From: Octopus sinensis
Taxonomy: Eukaryota
Length of the DNA stretch: 42,394 nt
Reading direction: 5' to 3'
Assembly: GCF_006345805.1 (NCBI RefSeq)
Contig: NW_021835262.1
Span: 1 to 42,394, forward strand
In this document: positions 12,665-26,468 of the stretch, piece by piece
Position numbering within the stretch: the first letter of the stretch is position 1
Layout: each line of letters begins with the position of its first letter
Program-made: the position numbers and the translations under genes
Notes under the pieces: generated by a model
The model's input: only the letters and a program-made list of their open reading frames with translations
Database searches by the model: none
What the model was told of the DNA's origin: nothing

Positions 12665-13076
12665 AAGCAGCAGCAGTAAATATCAATTTGCTCCCCGCTA
12701 TATTTCATATTTGATTAAATACAAATTAATTTTAATAATTCTGGAGTTATCTCTTTTACATTTCTTGACCGTAATTAAACATTAAACTAATAATTCATTC
12801 TCTGCGGGTGTAATTCTAATCAATTAAACATTATTGACTCACTCCATTTACTATTTGTTTTACATGCAGCGACTGTCCCTGAGTAATTCCCCTTCTTAGT
12901 CATGATATATCAACTCTAAGCACAGTATGTCAGTCAGTGAGCTGACAAATCGTAAACACCCATTCCTCATTGAATGGAGAAGCGTCTCCATAATATTCCC
13001 ACAATACTGAATGTACTTACTCCAGAAGCAACATGGCATTTTATGTGTCTATCTGTGTGTGCGAGAGGTACGGAGA

Positions 13077-13112
<36 letters not shown>

Positions 13113-13210
13113 AAGAAAGAAAGAAAGAGAGTGTGTGTGTATGAGTCTCTGCGTGAGAATGTATGTGTATTTTCTTTTCCTTATGACCTGTACTTCTCTT
13201 TCGTTCTTTT

Positions 13211-13245
13211 CTTGATAAAGGTCTTCCGCCCGAAACGTTAAAACT
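13211..13245 (+). ncRNA. Highly degenerate hammerhead-like motif, PLE 3'-end remnant
   Basis: CTTGATAAAGGTCTTCCGCCCGAAACGTTA resembles 2612-2645 and has similar downstream sequence. Confidence 0.35.
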
Positions 13246-13369
13246 ACCTTTATTTCTATTAGTGTTCAGCTAATACCAATAATTTCTACCTTGTCTTTGT
13301 TGTAATTTTCATTTTACCACTTATACATGTACATACTATGAAGCCATATTCTTCTGACAATTTAACGGT

Positions 13370-13865
13370 ACTTTAAACGCTCCATGCGCACATTCCATCT
13401 ACAAATTAATTTAGATTTCTTCCAATAATTATTGGATCACTCGGCTACTTGACTCAGTGCCACGGTAACTATCTTGAAAAGCTAGGTTTTGCAAAACTAG
13501 AAAGAACAAAAAGAACCAGAACATTACAGTTACAACCTTTTAAAGGCACTCTCAAAGTATGTAAATCATTTATAAAGTTCAGCATGTAATAAGGCGACCA
13601 TGTTCAATGACATTCATTCGTGTGCCCAATTATATGCTTATATGTGGACAAGCACGCCAATTTATATGCTTATATGTGGACAAGCATTTATGTGTACAAG
13701 CTTACGTACATGTACTTACATTCAAACTAACATACGTACTACATAACCCTGTTGATGATATCTAAATTGCAATGATAGAATTTTGTTTCTAGGTTAGAAA
13801 CCGGCTTTTTCTTCATTGGGGAGAAATTCGAACGAAAAAAATCTCCAGGAAAATATGCATACATA
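13370..13865 (+). mobile_element. Diverged RLE-type LINE 3' end related to 6420-6885
   Basis: IIIGSLGYL..LEKLGF..LQLQPFKGTLKVCKSFIKF*; UTR has CTAGGTTAGAAACCGG and ends in CATACATAC. Confidence 0.6.
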
Positions 13866-14051
13866 CACGTATATACAGACTCATGCACACTGACACACGC
13901 ACTGATACACACACACACGCATCATAAATATAAATATACATACACAATATATCACACAACAATATATATGTATACACAACAATATATATATATATAAGCA
14001 TGCACACACAACAGACTCACATCTTCTCACATACACACGCGCGCACGCACG

Positions 14052-14105
<54 letters not shown>

Positions 14106-14611
14106 TCTAAAGTTATTTCAAAATGTAGAAAGGCGTTAAAGTAATTTCCATTGTTTACTCTGTGAAGGAACCGTGAAATGAAAGCCGTGGGAAGCCATAT
14201 TGAAATCTACCTCAACAAACCACATCGTTCCTCACTCAGACTCTTGCCGTCTAGAAAAAACTACTACTGACAAATTACATAATGTAGTCATAAATACACG
14301 TATTCAAGGCGGGATGGTCACGGCTGGAATATACTTGGTCATAAGTCTGATCAGTCAGGGCTAACCCTCAGGTCAGCTTCGACTAAACAGCAACGAAATT
14401 GCATTCAACTGATTAAGAAGAAAATGGAAGGATACATCAGGCATTGTAGTCCTAGATGTGCTTAGGTCAGTGTGTGGGTGGAGGTGATGATGGGGGTGGG
14501 AATAGGGATGGGGTGGGAAGAAAGCAGTATGAGCACCTCCGGTGTATCTTTGATCATGTGTTTGCTGGATCAGGTCTGATTTAGGGATAAACAACAGCAA
14601 GAACAACAACA

Positions 14612-14650
<39 letters not shown>

Positions 14651-14773
14651 GCTACTACTACTTCTACTGCCACCACCACCATAACCACAACCATCACATC
14701 CATGATCATCATCCTCATCAAAACCACCACCACTACCAATCACAACCAATCACATCCGCCACCTCCACCAACA

Positions 14774-14814
<41 letters not shown>

Positions 14815-14924
14815 TCACACACATATGCTCTCTTTCTTTCCCTTTCTCTCGTTAACTCTTTCTTTCTCACATGCACGCTCACACATTCACATCCATGTTA
14901 TTAAATAATAGTGTACACTGAACA

Positions 14925-15145
14925 TTGCACTTACAATCGCAAGATCGTGATTTTGCAACCCCGGGCCGGGCCGGGCTGGACAGCGCTTTCTGTTCTTGAG
15001 CAAAACACTTCACTTCACGTTGGTGTACACCAATGTGAGAAACCCTGTGACGGGCTAGCGTCCGGTTCAGAGGAAATGTGATTTCGGTGGCTCAATTGCT
15101 ATGGAAACAGGGCAACCGGCCTTATGAGTCCTTGGCCTAGAAACA
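14925..15145 (+). mobile_element. Diverged SINE with Meta-like central domain
   Basis: AACCCTGTGACGGGCTAGCGTCCGGTTCAG..ATGGAAACAGG, similar to the SINE at 23451-23755. Confidence 0.5.
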
Positions 15146-15489
15146 TTTACTCGACAGGAAATGAAGAATTTTGTTACTTTAAGGGGAATGAAGTGCATCC
15201 TTTGCTAAAGAAAATATAGACTTTTTTAAAGAAAAAATAGTGGAAATATTTCAAACTACATAATTAGAAATTGAGTTAATTATGCATAATTAAGCATATA
15301 TTTATTGTTAAAAATCAATGTTTAATTTATATGTAGATTATTATGCAAATATTTGTTCTTGAATATAGAGTTACTGTGTGTATATGTATACATTGTATGG
15401 TGTGTTATGCATGTATGTATATATGTATGTACGCATATATGAATATATACATACATACATACGTACGTACATATATATATAATCACACA

Positions 15490-15539
<50 letters not shown>

Positions 15540-16016
15540 ATATATATATTTACATACACACAAACACACGCAGATATGCACATACATACATGCATACATA
15601 CATGCATACATACACACACATACATAGTATATATGTATGCACGAATATAGATATTTATATAAGTAATTAGTTATTTATTTCACTATGTATGTACTATGTA
15701 GTTATGTATGTATGTACGTATGTCGATAGGTAGGTAAGTAGGTAGACTTGTAGGTAGGTAGGTAGGTATGTATGTTAGTGTGTGTATTGAGACAGCATCA
15801 ATATGTATGCATTCATGTATGTATATGCGTGTGCGTGTGAATGAGTGCGTGTGCACATATATGCTTATGAATACACTTATAGAAATTTACTGCACATATA
15901 CATACACGCATATTTAAATATAGTCCCTCGGGCTTATTATCTATCTATGTATACATATTTATAGGATGAAACATGAATATCTGTGTGTGTGTGTCTCTCT
16001 CTGTATATAGATGCGC

Positions 16017-16091
<75 letters not shown>

Positions 16092-16559
16092 CTTGAGCGT
16101 CCGTGTATGAACAAGTGGGTGTATATGTGTATATTTTTACATAAACAACGTGTAATAACACTAACACACAGACATATGTAGTTTTGAAATAGCCTGACTG
16201 AAAAAGAAAGAAACAAAAAAGAAACAAGAAGTACAGAAAAACGATGATCTATTAGCTAGTTTCCCCCTAACGTAGAGAACTGCAAAGATCGGCGCCTGGA
16301 AACTTATCGATTCTCTTTGATTCAAACACATATTTAGAAATTTACCGAAAAATTCAAAGATGGCTGCCATGCTAGTCGCTGGTTGCTATGGCAGCCAGAA
16401 CTGATAATACTTTCGCTATTAAAGATTGTTAAACTGTTTTAAAATTAGCTTTTGTTTAAATCCATAAAATATATGTAAACAATGGCTGATGCGTTCTGAG
16501 GAGTGTTCAGGAAAACTTTGCTGGGAAAATTAAGTTGGAAGATAGTTTCAGGCCAAACA

Positions 16560-17090
16560 AACCAGACTCTTAGCACTTAAATAATTCTTCAACTTTCACT
16601 GCTCGTGACCCCTCTCTGCCTAAGTACACTTTCCCTTCTCCAGTCAGTCCTGCAGCACTCTAACGTTGTAGCCATGGGTAGCAAGTTGGGCCCCAGTTAT
16701 GCCAACCTTTTTGAAATTATATGGTTATTATACAGTGAATTGTATCGGTGCCATATTACTCGCTAGGGATGAACTCTGTCTTTATTTTTTGCATCAATAA
16801 CTTCCTGTCGTGGTATTTACTTCTGCCTTCTAAGACACTTCTCTTCAATTTGCTCCAACATCACCGTCTCTAGCGATGATAGCCCTTACATTTTCACATC
16901 AATGCATTATAAACCCACTGATTAACTCTCAACCTTCACGTTTATCCTTTCTCACACACTCTCTCTCACTCTTTCTCTCTTTCTCTATCTCTTCTTCTCT
17001 CTTTCTTTCTTCCTCCTCTCTCCATCTAATCTATTCAGAACTATTAGAAAATATCTCTCTGAGGAAGAGTTCGGTTTGAAACATCACATA
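16560..17090 (+). mobile_element. Old, internally deleted PLE remnant with a terminal hammerhead-like motif
   Basis: GTAGCCATGGGTAGCAAGTTGGGCCCCAGTTATGCCAACCTTTTT translates as VAMGSKLGPSYANLF; CTGAGGAAGAGTTCGGTTTGAAACATCA at ~17059-17086. Confidence 0.65.
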
Positions 17091-17690
17091 TTCCTTCTTC
17101 GCCACTCCACTGCTAAATGATTTATATTCACTAATGACACAGACAATCACTAGAATCTACCCCCGCCTCAGCTTCTTTTGTTTACTTTATTAAACAGAAA
17201 AATGTTTATTGACAAATATGTCCTGAATGAACCAAAACTGTTAAGGAAATTGATAAACAGAAAATCGAACAAACGCATTGACAACAATAGGCATGGAATT
17301 AACTACACACGCATATACATAAATACATAAATACATAAATACACACACATATATATTTTTTGTGGTCCACTTACAAATATCACTAAATCAAACACTGTTA
17401 AATCCACATACTCACGCACACACACACGCATACACACACACACACACACTCACACATACGCATCCACATACGCCATCACACACACATACATATACAGACA
17501 CATACTCGATCATCATACATCTCGAAAACACATGCACAACCACATTCACCACATATGCGACCACTCTCTCTCTCCCCCACACACACATAGACATCGCACA
17601 CACACACGCACACACATAGACATCGCATACACACACATAGACATCGCATACACACGCACAGACATCGCATACACACACACATAGACATCG

Positions 17691-17721
<31 letters not shown>

Positions 17722-18216
17722 ACACACAGACATCACACACACACAATCACTCATACGTACACACATCTTGCACATGCACACAAAATCACGCTCACCAGCA
17801 CACACACACCATACACACACACTCTCACACACACATACAGCAGGTTATCAAACTGCCACGGAAGCAGTAGCCAAAATAACCCTCAAACCAAAACATACTC
17901 TCCTAAAAAGGATTGACCGTATGGAGTAAGCAGTCGTTGGATAAAGGTCTTAGGCAACATCATTTGGAGAGAAAGAGGAAATTTGGTTGCATGGGCGACT
18001 GTTTGTCTTCCTGGAAGAAAAAGAAAAAACATTTCCAGGTTTGTATCTTGAAGAAAGGTCTTTCGAGTGCAGAATGCCATGATGAATCATAACGGAAGGA
18101 AGCCCTTAGACTTCTTGGGTATAAAGACGTTGGGTTAGTTACGAATCGAACATCGAAACAACAGTACATACAGTGACTAGATCTCTGGATCCCAACTTCT
18201 TCAACTACGACTTGCA

Positions 18217-18595
18217 AGCATGGCTGTGTTGTAAGAAGCTTGCTTCCCAACCACATGGTTCCGGGTTCAGTCCCACTGCGTGGCACATTGAGCAAGTGTC
18301 TTCTACTATAGGCTCGAACCGACCAAAGCCTTCTGAGTGACTGAATTTGGTTGACGGAAACTGAAAGAAGTCCGTCGTATATAAGTGTATGTATACTTAT
18401 GTGTGTCTTTGTGTCAGTGTTTGTTCCCCATCACCGCTTGACAACCGGTGTTGGGGTGTTTACGTCCTCGTAACTTAGCTGTTCGACCAGATAGAATAAG
18501 TAGCAGTCTTAAAAAACAAGTACTGTGGTCGATTTGTTCGAGTAAACCCTTCAAGGCGGTGTCCCAGCATGGCCGCAGTCTAATTACTGAAAGAT
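18217..18595 (+). mobile_element. tRNA-derived SINE, family of 3960-4388
   Basis: CATGGCTGTGTTGTAAGAAGCTTGCT..CCGGGTTCAGTCCCACTGCG. Confidence 0.8.
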
Positions 18596-18644
18596 AATAA
18601 ATTGCTTACACTTCTACAACACACAAAATATTTTAAACTTTAGT

Positions 18645-19380
18645 ACAATTTGAACTCAGAACGTAAAGACGGACGAAATGCCGGTAAGCATTTTTGTCCG
18701 GTGTGCTAACGATTCTTTTCTACTCTAGGCACCTGGCCCGAAGTTTTTAGGTAGTGGGGGGGGGGGAGCAGTCGATTAGATCGACTCCAGCGCGCATCTG
18801 GTATGGTACTTAGTTAATCGACCCCAAACGGATGAAAGGGAAAGTCAACCGTGGCAGAATTTGAACTCAGAACGTAATGGCAGACGAAATACTGCTAAGC
18901 ATTTCGCCCGGCGTGCTAACCGTTCCTGCCGGTTCGCCGCCTTCGCTTATTAATGATCCTTTCTGCTATAGGCACAAGGCCTGAAATTTGTGGAGAGGGG
19001 GCTAGTCGATTAGATCGACCCTAGTACACAACGGATGCTTAATTTATCGACTCCGAACATGAAAGGCAAAGTCAACATCGGCGGAATTTGAACTCAGAAC
19101 GTAATGACAGACAATATTACTGCTAAGCATCTCGCTCGGCGTGATAACGTTTCCTATTTCTTTATTTCCCACAAGGGGCTAAACACGGAGGGGACAAACA
19201 AGGACAGACAGACGGATTAAGTCGATTTTTCCAGGAAGACAAACTGGTACTTAATTTATCGACCTCGAAAGGATGAAAGGCAAAGTCGACCTCGGCGGTA
19301 TTTGAACTCAGAGCGTAATGACAGACGATATACTGCTAAGCATTTCGCCCGGCTAACGTTTCAGCCAGCTCGCCACCTTA
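18645..19380 (-). mobile_element. Concatenated Nin-domain SINE units
   Basis: Repeated GGATGAAAGGCAAAGTCGACC..GAATTTGAACTCAGAACGTAA modules. Confidence 0.75.
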
Positions 19381-20494
19381 TTTTGGTTGTTAATAGTAAC
19401 AGTTAAATCTCTCAAATCACACCTTACCGTCTTTCAAAAAAACAAAAAAACACGCAGGACACATATAATAGAGTTTTAGATGCAACAGCCGCAATTGTAA
19501 TCTCTTTGATCATCATCGCAGGTCTTTTGGGATCACTTCTGACCTGGGGCTAAACAGCAACCACAACAAAACAACAACAACAACGATCCAACATAACCAA
19601 ACCACTTAATAGTGGGAGGTCAACGGTGGGAAAAGTCTAAATCTGGATTTCGCTTCTGTGTACCTCCCACCACCACTACATTCTTACTCTACCTTCTCTC
19701 TCAGGTTTTATATTCCCCTTTTTTTTCTCTTTCCTTCCCTCTATCTCTCTACGCAACTCTTCATCTTCTCTTACAAACCTTCCCTTCATAATAACACCAC
19801 CACCACCACATACTCACACATACACATTCGTATATAGATATGTATATCTCTTCTTCACTGTAACTTCTTGCTTCCCTTTCTTTTTCTTACCCTTTCTTCC
19901 TCTGGCTGTTTCTTTTACTCTCTCTCTCTCTCTCTCTCTCTCTCCTGTTTCCTCCTTTCCTTTCTCAGTGTGTCTTCTCCTCCCCTCCCCGCTCCTCAAG
20001 GCTCTAATCTGTCCCTAATGTGAAATTACGTTGTCTCATTGTAAACATTGTGTAAGGGAGAGGAAGAGATAGACAGATAGATAGATAAATAGATAGAAAG
20101 ATAGATAGATAGAGAAAGAGAGAGGTAGGAGGTATTGGTGGAGTGAAAGTGGTGGAGAGAGGTGAGACGTGGGGGTGTGAGTGAGAGTAAGTGATCGGAG
20201 GGGATAGGAAGTAGGAAAGAAAAGGGAGGTGTGGTAGGAGGTAATGTCATAAGGGCAAGATGGGGGGAGGGTGGAATGAGAGGAAGAGGTGAAGGAGAAT
20301 CGAAGGTAAGACGAAGAGTGGGAGTATGAAGAGGGGAAGTAGGGGAGAAGGGAAAGAAGTGGAGAAGGGGAGGCGGGGATGTAGTGTGTGGGGCGGGGCT
20401 GGACGGGGTTGAGAAGCTGAGGCGGTGGGACTGCACCGAATAACCTGGCTGTAATATTCGTGTGATTAACCCACTTCGTGTATCTCGATTGATA

Positions 20495-20592
20495 TGTATT
20501 GATGTGTGTGTGTGGTGTGTGTGTGTGTGCATGTGTGTGTATTGATGTGCCTGTGTGCATGTGTGTAGTCATGTATATCATTGTGTGTATTG

Positions 20593-20623
<31 letters not shown>

Positions 20624-20682
20624 TGTGTGTATTGATGTGCCTGTGTGCATGTGTGTAGTCATGTATATCATTGTGTGTATTG

Positions 20683-20713
<31 letters not shown>

Positions 20714-20790
20714 TGTGTGTGTATTGATGTGCCTGTGTGCATGTGTGTAGTCATGTATATTATTGTGTGTATTGATGTATGTGTGTGTGT
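20495..20790. repeat. ~90-bp GT-rich minisatellite, 3 copies
   Basis: ATTGATGTGCCTGTGTGCATGTGTGTAGTCATGTATAT occurs three times. Confidence 0.8.
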
Positions 20791-21257
20791 GTGTGTTTAT
20801 GTATGTTCTTGTGCGTATTGATGTTCGTGTCTGTGTATGTGTGCACTTATGATATGTCCTTGTATGTATTGATATATGTGTATGTGTGAATGAACTTATG
20901 AATGTGAGCGCATAATTACGTACGTGTGAGTGTGTGTGTGTGTGTGTGTTGTGTGTGTGTGTGCGTGTGTGCGTGTGTGTATGAATGCAGGACTTGTTTG
21001 TGTATGTACGTACGCTACGTAGGTGTGGGCTTTCCACTATGTGTGTTTAGAATGGATGCGTGTGAGCTTGTTTGAGCCTCTGTGATAACATGCGTGTGAT
21101 GACTTCAAATTCCGCTGAGGTCGATTCTGTCTTTCATCCATTTCGGGGTTGATAAAATAAGAACCATTTGAGCACTGGGGGTCGATGTAATCGACTTGGC
21201 ACCCTCTTTCAAACTTGTTAGCCTTGTGCCAAAATTTGGAAGCAATAATATATGTGT

Positions 21258-21292
<35 letters not shown>

Positions 21293-21295
<3 letters not shown>

Positions 21296-21959
21296 GGCGG
21301 CGAGCTGGCAGAAATGTTAGCACGCCGGGCGAAATGCCTAGCGGTATTTCGTCTGCCGTTACGTTCTGAGTTCAAATTCCCCTTTTGGGGTCGATAAATT
21401 AAGTACCAGTGACGCACTAGGGTCGATATAATCGACTTAATCCGTTTGTCTGTCCTTGTTTGTCCTCTCTGTGTTTAGCCTTTTGTGTGCAATAAAGAAA
21501 TAAGAAACGTTTGCACGCCGGGCGAAATGTTTGGCAGTATTTCAACTGTCTATTTCAACTGGGTAGTAAAGAAATAGGTATTTCGTCTGCCGTTACCTTC
21601 TGAGTTCAAATTCCGCCGGGGTCGACTTTGCCTTTCATCCTTTCGGGGTCGATTAAATAAGTACCAGTTACGCACTGGGTCGATGTAATCAACTTAATCT
21701 CTCTGTCTGTCCTTGTTCGCCCCCTCTATGCTTAGCCTTTTGTGTGCAATAAAGAAATAAGAAACGTTTGCACGCCGGGCGAAATGTTTGGCAGTATTTC
21801 AACTGTCTACGTTCTGAGTTCAAATTTCGCCGAGGCTGACTTTGCCTTTCATCTTTTCGAGGTCGATAAATTAAGTACCAGTTGCGTACTGGGGTCTATC
21901 TAACCGACTGGCCCCTTCCCCCAAAATTTCGGGCCTTGTGCCTAGAGTAGAAGAGAATA

Positions 21960-22030
<71 letters not shown>

Positions 22031-22696
22031 TGTGAAGGCGGCGAGCTGGCAGAAATGTTAGCACGCCGGGCGAAATGCCTAGCGGTATTTCGTCTGCCGT
22101 TACGTTCTGAGTTCAAATTCCCCTTTTGGGGTCGATAAATAAGTACCAGTGACGCACTAGGGTCGATATAATCGACTTAATCCGTTTGTCTGTCCTTGTT
22201 TGTCCTCTCTGTGTTTAGCCTTTTGTGTGCAATAAAGAAATAAGAACGTTTGCACGCCGGGCGAAATGTTTGGCAGTATTTCAACTGTCTATTTCAACTG
22301 GGTAGTAAAGAAATAGGTATTTCGTCTGCCGTTACCTTCTGAGTTCAAATTCCGCCGGGGTCGACTTTGCCTTCATCCTTTCGGGGTCGATTAAATAAGT
22401 ACCAGTTACGCACTGGGTCGATGTAATCAACTTAATCTCTCTGTCTGTCCTTGTTCGCCCCCTCTATGCTTAGCCTTTTGTGTGCAATAAAGAAATAAGA
22501 ACGTTTGCACGCCGGGCGAAATGTTTGGCAGTATTTCAACTGTCTACGTTCTGAGTTCAAATTTCGCCGAGGCTGACTTTGCCTTTCATCTTTTCGAGGT
22601 CGATAAATTAAGTACCAGTTGCGTACTGGGGTCTATCTAACCGACTGGCCCCTTCCCCCAAAATTTCGGGCCTTGTGCCTAGAGTAGAAGAGAATA

Positions 22697-22698
<2 letters not shown>
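21293..22698 (+). repeat. Near-identical ~741-bp tandem duplication of a composite Nin-SINE, bounded by (GT)n
   Basis: GAAGGCGGCGAGCTGGCAG at 21293 and 22034; both copies end AGAAGAGAATAAT(GT)n. Confidence 0.9.
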
Positions 22699-22760
<62 letters not shown>

Positions 22761-23234
22761 AGTCTTTGTGGACCTGCAGTCTTTTCTATGGTTCCCAGTG
22801 ACACTGCATCCGTGACAACTCCGTCTATTCTGAGATATTCACAGATACATTCTCTGTTATTGTCATCTAGGTATAAAACTGCGATTATATGAGAATTAGC
22901 TGTTAATCTTAGCAGGTTATGCATCTATATAAAGATTGCATTGTTAGCTTATTTTTAGTAGTGCTTAGGGAGTTTTATTATAGTGTTGTGGAATACGAAG
23001 TGCGAGAGCCAATTAGAGAATTGCCAATAGGGCCCTTTACTCTACAAAAACTGAACATTGGTGTTTTATGTTTCGTGTAGTTAGCTAGTCTCAGGCAAAT
23101 AAGCGTTGAAGGCTTGAGGCTCCACCATCAACCACAATGATATATTGAAGACTCATATGAAAATTTCGATGCTTTATTACAAGTCAAGATAATTACTGAC
23201 ATACCGTTTCTCAATAGACCTTTCGAAAACAGAT

Positions 23235-23772
23235 TTTTCAGGTTTCTTTTTTCTTTTTTTTTCTGAGAAGTCTCTGAAAATCATTTTTGTAAAGTCATTT
23301 TCTATAGATAGCATCGCCAAATTATTTAGTCTCTCTTGAGAAATTATTGACCTTAGGTATGTTTTGATGTTTTTGTTTTGAAAACCTCCTTTCACCTGAT
23401 ACGATTGTTACGGGCATTGTTGAGTAAATCCTCAAAGCAATAAACACATTCTTCTTCTTCTTAATCCTTTTTGCCCTTTGTGGAGCATAGGGTCGGTTTC
23501 CCGGTTTCCTTGGCGCATAGGTTCTCCACCTGGACTGGACGCCGGTCTGTCACAGGTGAGCTGCAAGATACAAGAGGAAAGAGTAAGAGAAAGTTGTGGC
23601 GAAAGAGTCAGCAGAAGTTCGCCATTACCTTCTGCCGGAGCCGCGTGCAGCTTAGGTGTTTCGCTCATAAATGCACACATCGCCCAGTCTGTGATTCGAA
23701 CCTGTGATCCCTCGACCGCGAATCCGCTGCTCTAACCACTAGGCCATGTGCCTCCACATTAGGAAAGGTTTA
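23235..23772 (-). pseudogene. hAT transposase C-terminal dimerisation domain remnant, split by a SINE
   Basis: FPNV|FIALRI..LTMPVTIVSGERRF..IKTYLRSIISQERLNNLAMLSIEND. Confidence 0.8.
23451..23755 (-). mobile_element. tRNA-derived SINE with (GAA)n tail and target-site duplication CACATT
   Basis: Head TGGCCTAGTGG..GGTTCGAATC; CACATT at 23445-23450 and 23755-23760. Confidence 0.85.
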
Positions 23773-24359
23773 ATTCATCGTCGCGCCGTCCACTGAAAGG
23801 TATGCGTGGGGTCCAATTTGAACAAAAATGTTTAACTGGTTTAAAGCTGGCCCTGTGCGGTGAAGCAGTGTTCTGGAAGTGTTGTAGATGTACCTGGGTA
23901 TCTCGAGGTGATTTTTGTTAGTAAAGCGGGGAACGTGCTTGTGGTAGTGATGGGGACGGTGATGGTTGTGGTGGTAGTAATAGTGGATGCTTGTGGTGGT
24001 GGAGCAGTTGTGGTAGTTGCAGTGGTGGTGCTTGTTGTGAGAGTTATAGTTACGGTTGAAATTGTGGTTGTGATGGTGGAAACGGTTGTGGTGATGGTGG
24101 TGGTGCTAGTCGTGGTGGTAACGGTAATTGTAGTTGTGGTGGTGGTGGTAGTAGCGGTGTTTTTTGCGGTGGTATAACAATGATTGTGGTTGTAGTTGTG
24201 GCTCTCATGCTGGTGGTGGTTGTGGTAGTTGTGGTGGAGGTAGTGGTGGTATAATGGTGGTGTCGTTATTTTCGCTGTGCTGGTGCGTGTGTTTGATAAT
24301 CTTCTTGTTCTCCATGTTGTTGTCATTATTAATACTGTAACGGGGGATTCTTTTACGGC

Positions 24360-25150
24360 ATGCGTCTATGTGTATGTGTATGTGAGCGTACATGTGCGTA
24401 CATGAGCGTGTGTGCACGCACGTGAGTGTGTTTGTATGTTTGTTTGTATATGTATATTTGTATGTTTGTGTGTATATGTATATGTATATATGTATGTTTG
24501 TGTGTATATGTGCATATGTATGTTTGTGTTTATATGTGTATTCGTGTGTTCGTGTGTATATGTGTATGTGTATGTTTGTGTTTATATGTGTATGTGTGTA
24601 TTTGTGTGTATATGTGTATGTGCGTGTTTGTGTGTATATGTGTTTATGTGTATATGTGAATATGTGTGTTTATGTGTGTATGTGTATATGTGTGTTTGTG
24701 TGTATATGTGTATGTGTTTATATGTGTATACATGTGTTTGTGTATATGTATGTCTGTGTTTATATGTCTATATGTATATGTGCGTGTTTGTGTGTATATG
24801 TGTATATGTGAATATGTGTGTATGTGCATATGTGTGTTTGTGTGAATATTTGCATGTGTTTGTATGTATATGTTTTTATGTCTGTTTGTGTGTATATGTG
24901 TATGTGTGTGTTTGCGTGTATATGTGTACGTCTGTTTATGTGTATATGTATATTTGCATACATATATGTGCATATGTGTGTGCTTGCATGTATATGTGTA
25001 TGCGTGTTTGTGTGTATATGTGTATATGTGTTTGTGTGTTTAAGTGTATATGTGTGTTGTGTGTTTAAGTGTATATGTATGTATGTGTGTGTTTGTTGTG
25101 TATATGTGTATATATGTGTGTGCTTGTGGGTCTGTGTATGTTTGTATGTC
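24360..25150. repeat. Degenerate (GT/AT) dinucleotide low-complexity tract
   Basis: Read directly from the sequence. Confidence 0.9.
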
Positions 25151-25639
25151 TGAAATAGATAACGTGTGATTGTATATTTAAGAAGGAAGCAAGTCTTGGA
25201 GGAAGAAGCGTTGTGACCGATCCGGCAGCTGGAGGGAGAGAGGGGGAACGGTAAACATGTTGCTATCATGGTCGTCGTGTTAGGATCGTTTATAATTATG
25301 AGTTCAACTGCTACCGAAGACTCCATTACTTTCCATTCCTCTGGGATCGATAAAATACGCAATTTAATAACGTATAACATAAGTTCCTCTGGGATTTCAA
25401 TTATACGTGTAACTAGACAACACAAGTCATTTAATCCGGCATTCTACTGTAATAATATAACTGCATTGTAGTCATTTAATCCGGCTTTCTACTATAAAGG
25501 AACTATGTAAGTGGTTTAATCTGGCTCTTTAATATAGCCATACTGCACAGCACAAATCATATAATCCGGGATTCTACTGTAATAATATAACTACATTTAT
25601 AGATATTTAATCCGGCGCTGTATTATAAAGTAACTATCT

Positions 25640-26036
25640 TTTATCTTTTGCTTGTTTCAGGCATTAGACTATGGCCATGCTGGGGCATTGCCTTGATGAA
25701 TTTTTAATCGAATGTGTCGATCCAAATACTTTTTTTAAAACCTGGTACTTATTCTATCGGGGGACATAAACACACCAGCATCAGTTGTCAAACTGTGCTG
25801 GGGGACAAACACAAGCACACACCCGCACACACATATACACACACACACATACACACTCACACACATACACACACACACACTCACACACACACTCACACAT
25901 ATTCGACGGGCTTCTTTCAGTTTCCGTCAATCAAATCCACTCGCAAAGGTTTGATCGGCTTGAGGATATAATAGAACACACTTGCTCAAGGTTCCACGCA
26001 GTGAGACTGAACCCGGAACCATGTGGTTGGGCAGCC
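25640..26036 (-). mobile_element. tRNA-derived SINE
   Basis: Homologous to 3960-4388. Confidence 0.75.
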
Positions 26037-26099
26037 TCGCACTTTACTATAAAGATACTGCTCAGCACAAATCATTTAAACCGGCATTCTACTATTCTT

Positions 26100-26468
26100 T
26101 TCTTTTATTCGTTTCAGTCATTTTGACTGCGGTCATGCTGGAGCACCGCCTTTAGTCGAGCAAATTGACCCCCAGGACTTATTCTTTGTAAGCTTAGTAC
26201 TTATTCTATCGGTCTCTTTTGCCGAACCGCTAAATTATGGAGACGTATACACACCAGCATCGATGTCAAGCGATGTTGGGATACACACACACACACACAT
26301 ATATACACGTCGGGCTTCTTTCAGTTTCCATCTATCAAATTCACTCACAAGGTTTTGGTCGGCCTGAGGTTATAGTAGAAGACACTTGCCCAAGGTGCCA
26401 CGCAGTGGGAATGAACATGGAATCGTGTGGTTGGTTAGCAAGCTACTTACCACACAGCCACTCCTGCA
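26100..26468 (-). mobile_element. tRNA-derived SINE
   Basis: Homologous to 3960-4388. Confidence 0.8.

Noticed and set aside
17870-18210. Coding-like unique stretch (WATVCLP), possibly an old L1/Tx1 fragment or an exon
   Set aside because: Too degenerate to assign without a homology search
20036-21037. 333-aa ORF, the longest in the track
   Set aside because: Made of CA and CT repeats that lack stop codons; no domain
24392-25425. Several overlapping 100-220 aa ORFs
   Set aside because: GT/AT dinucleotide repeat artefacts
25420-25640. CRISPR-like repeat/spacer look
   Set aside because: Eukaryotic context, intervening sequences are related to each other, and there are no cas genes; it is a minisatellite
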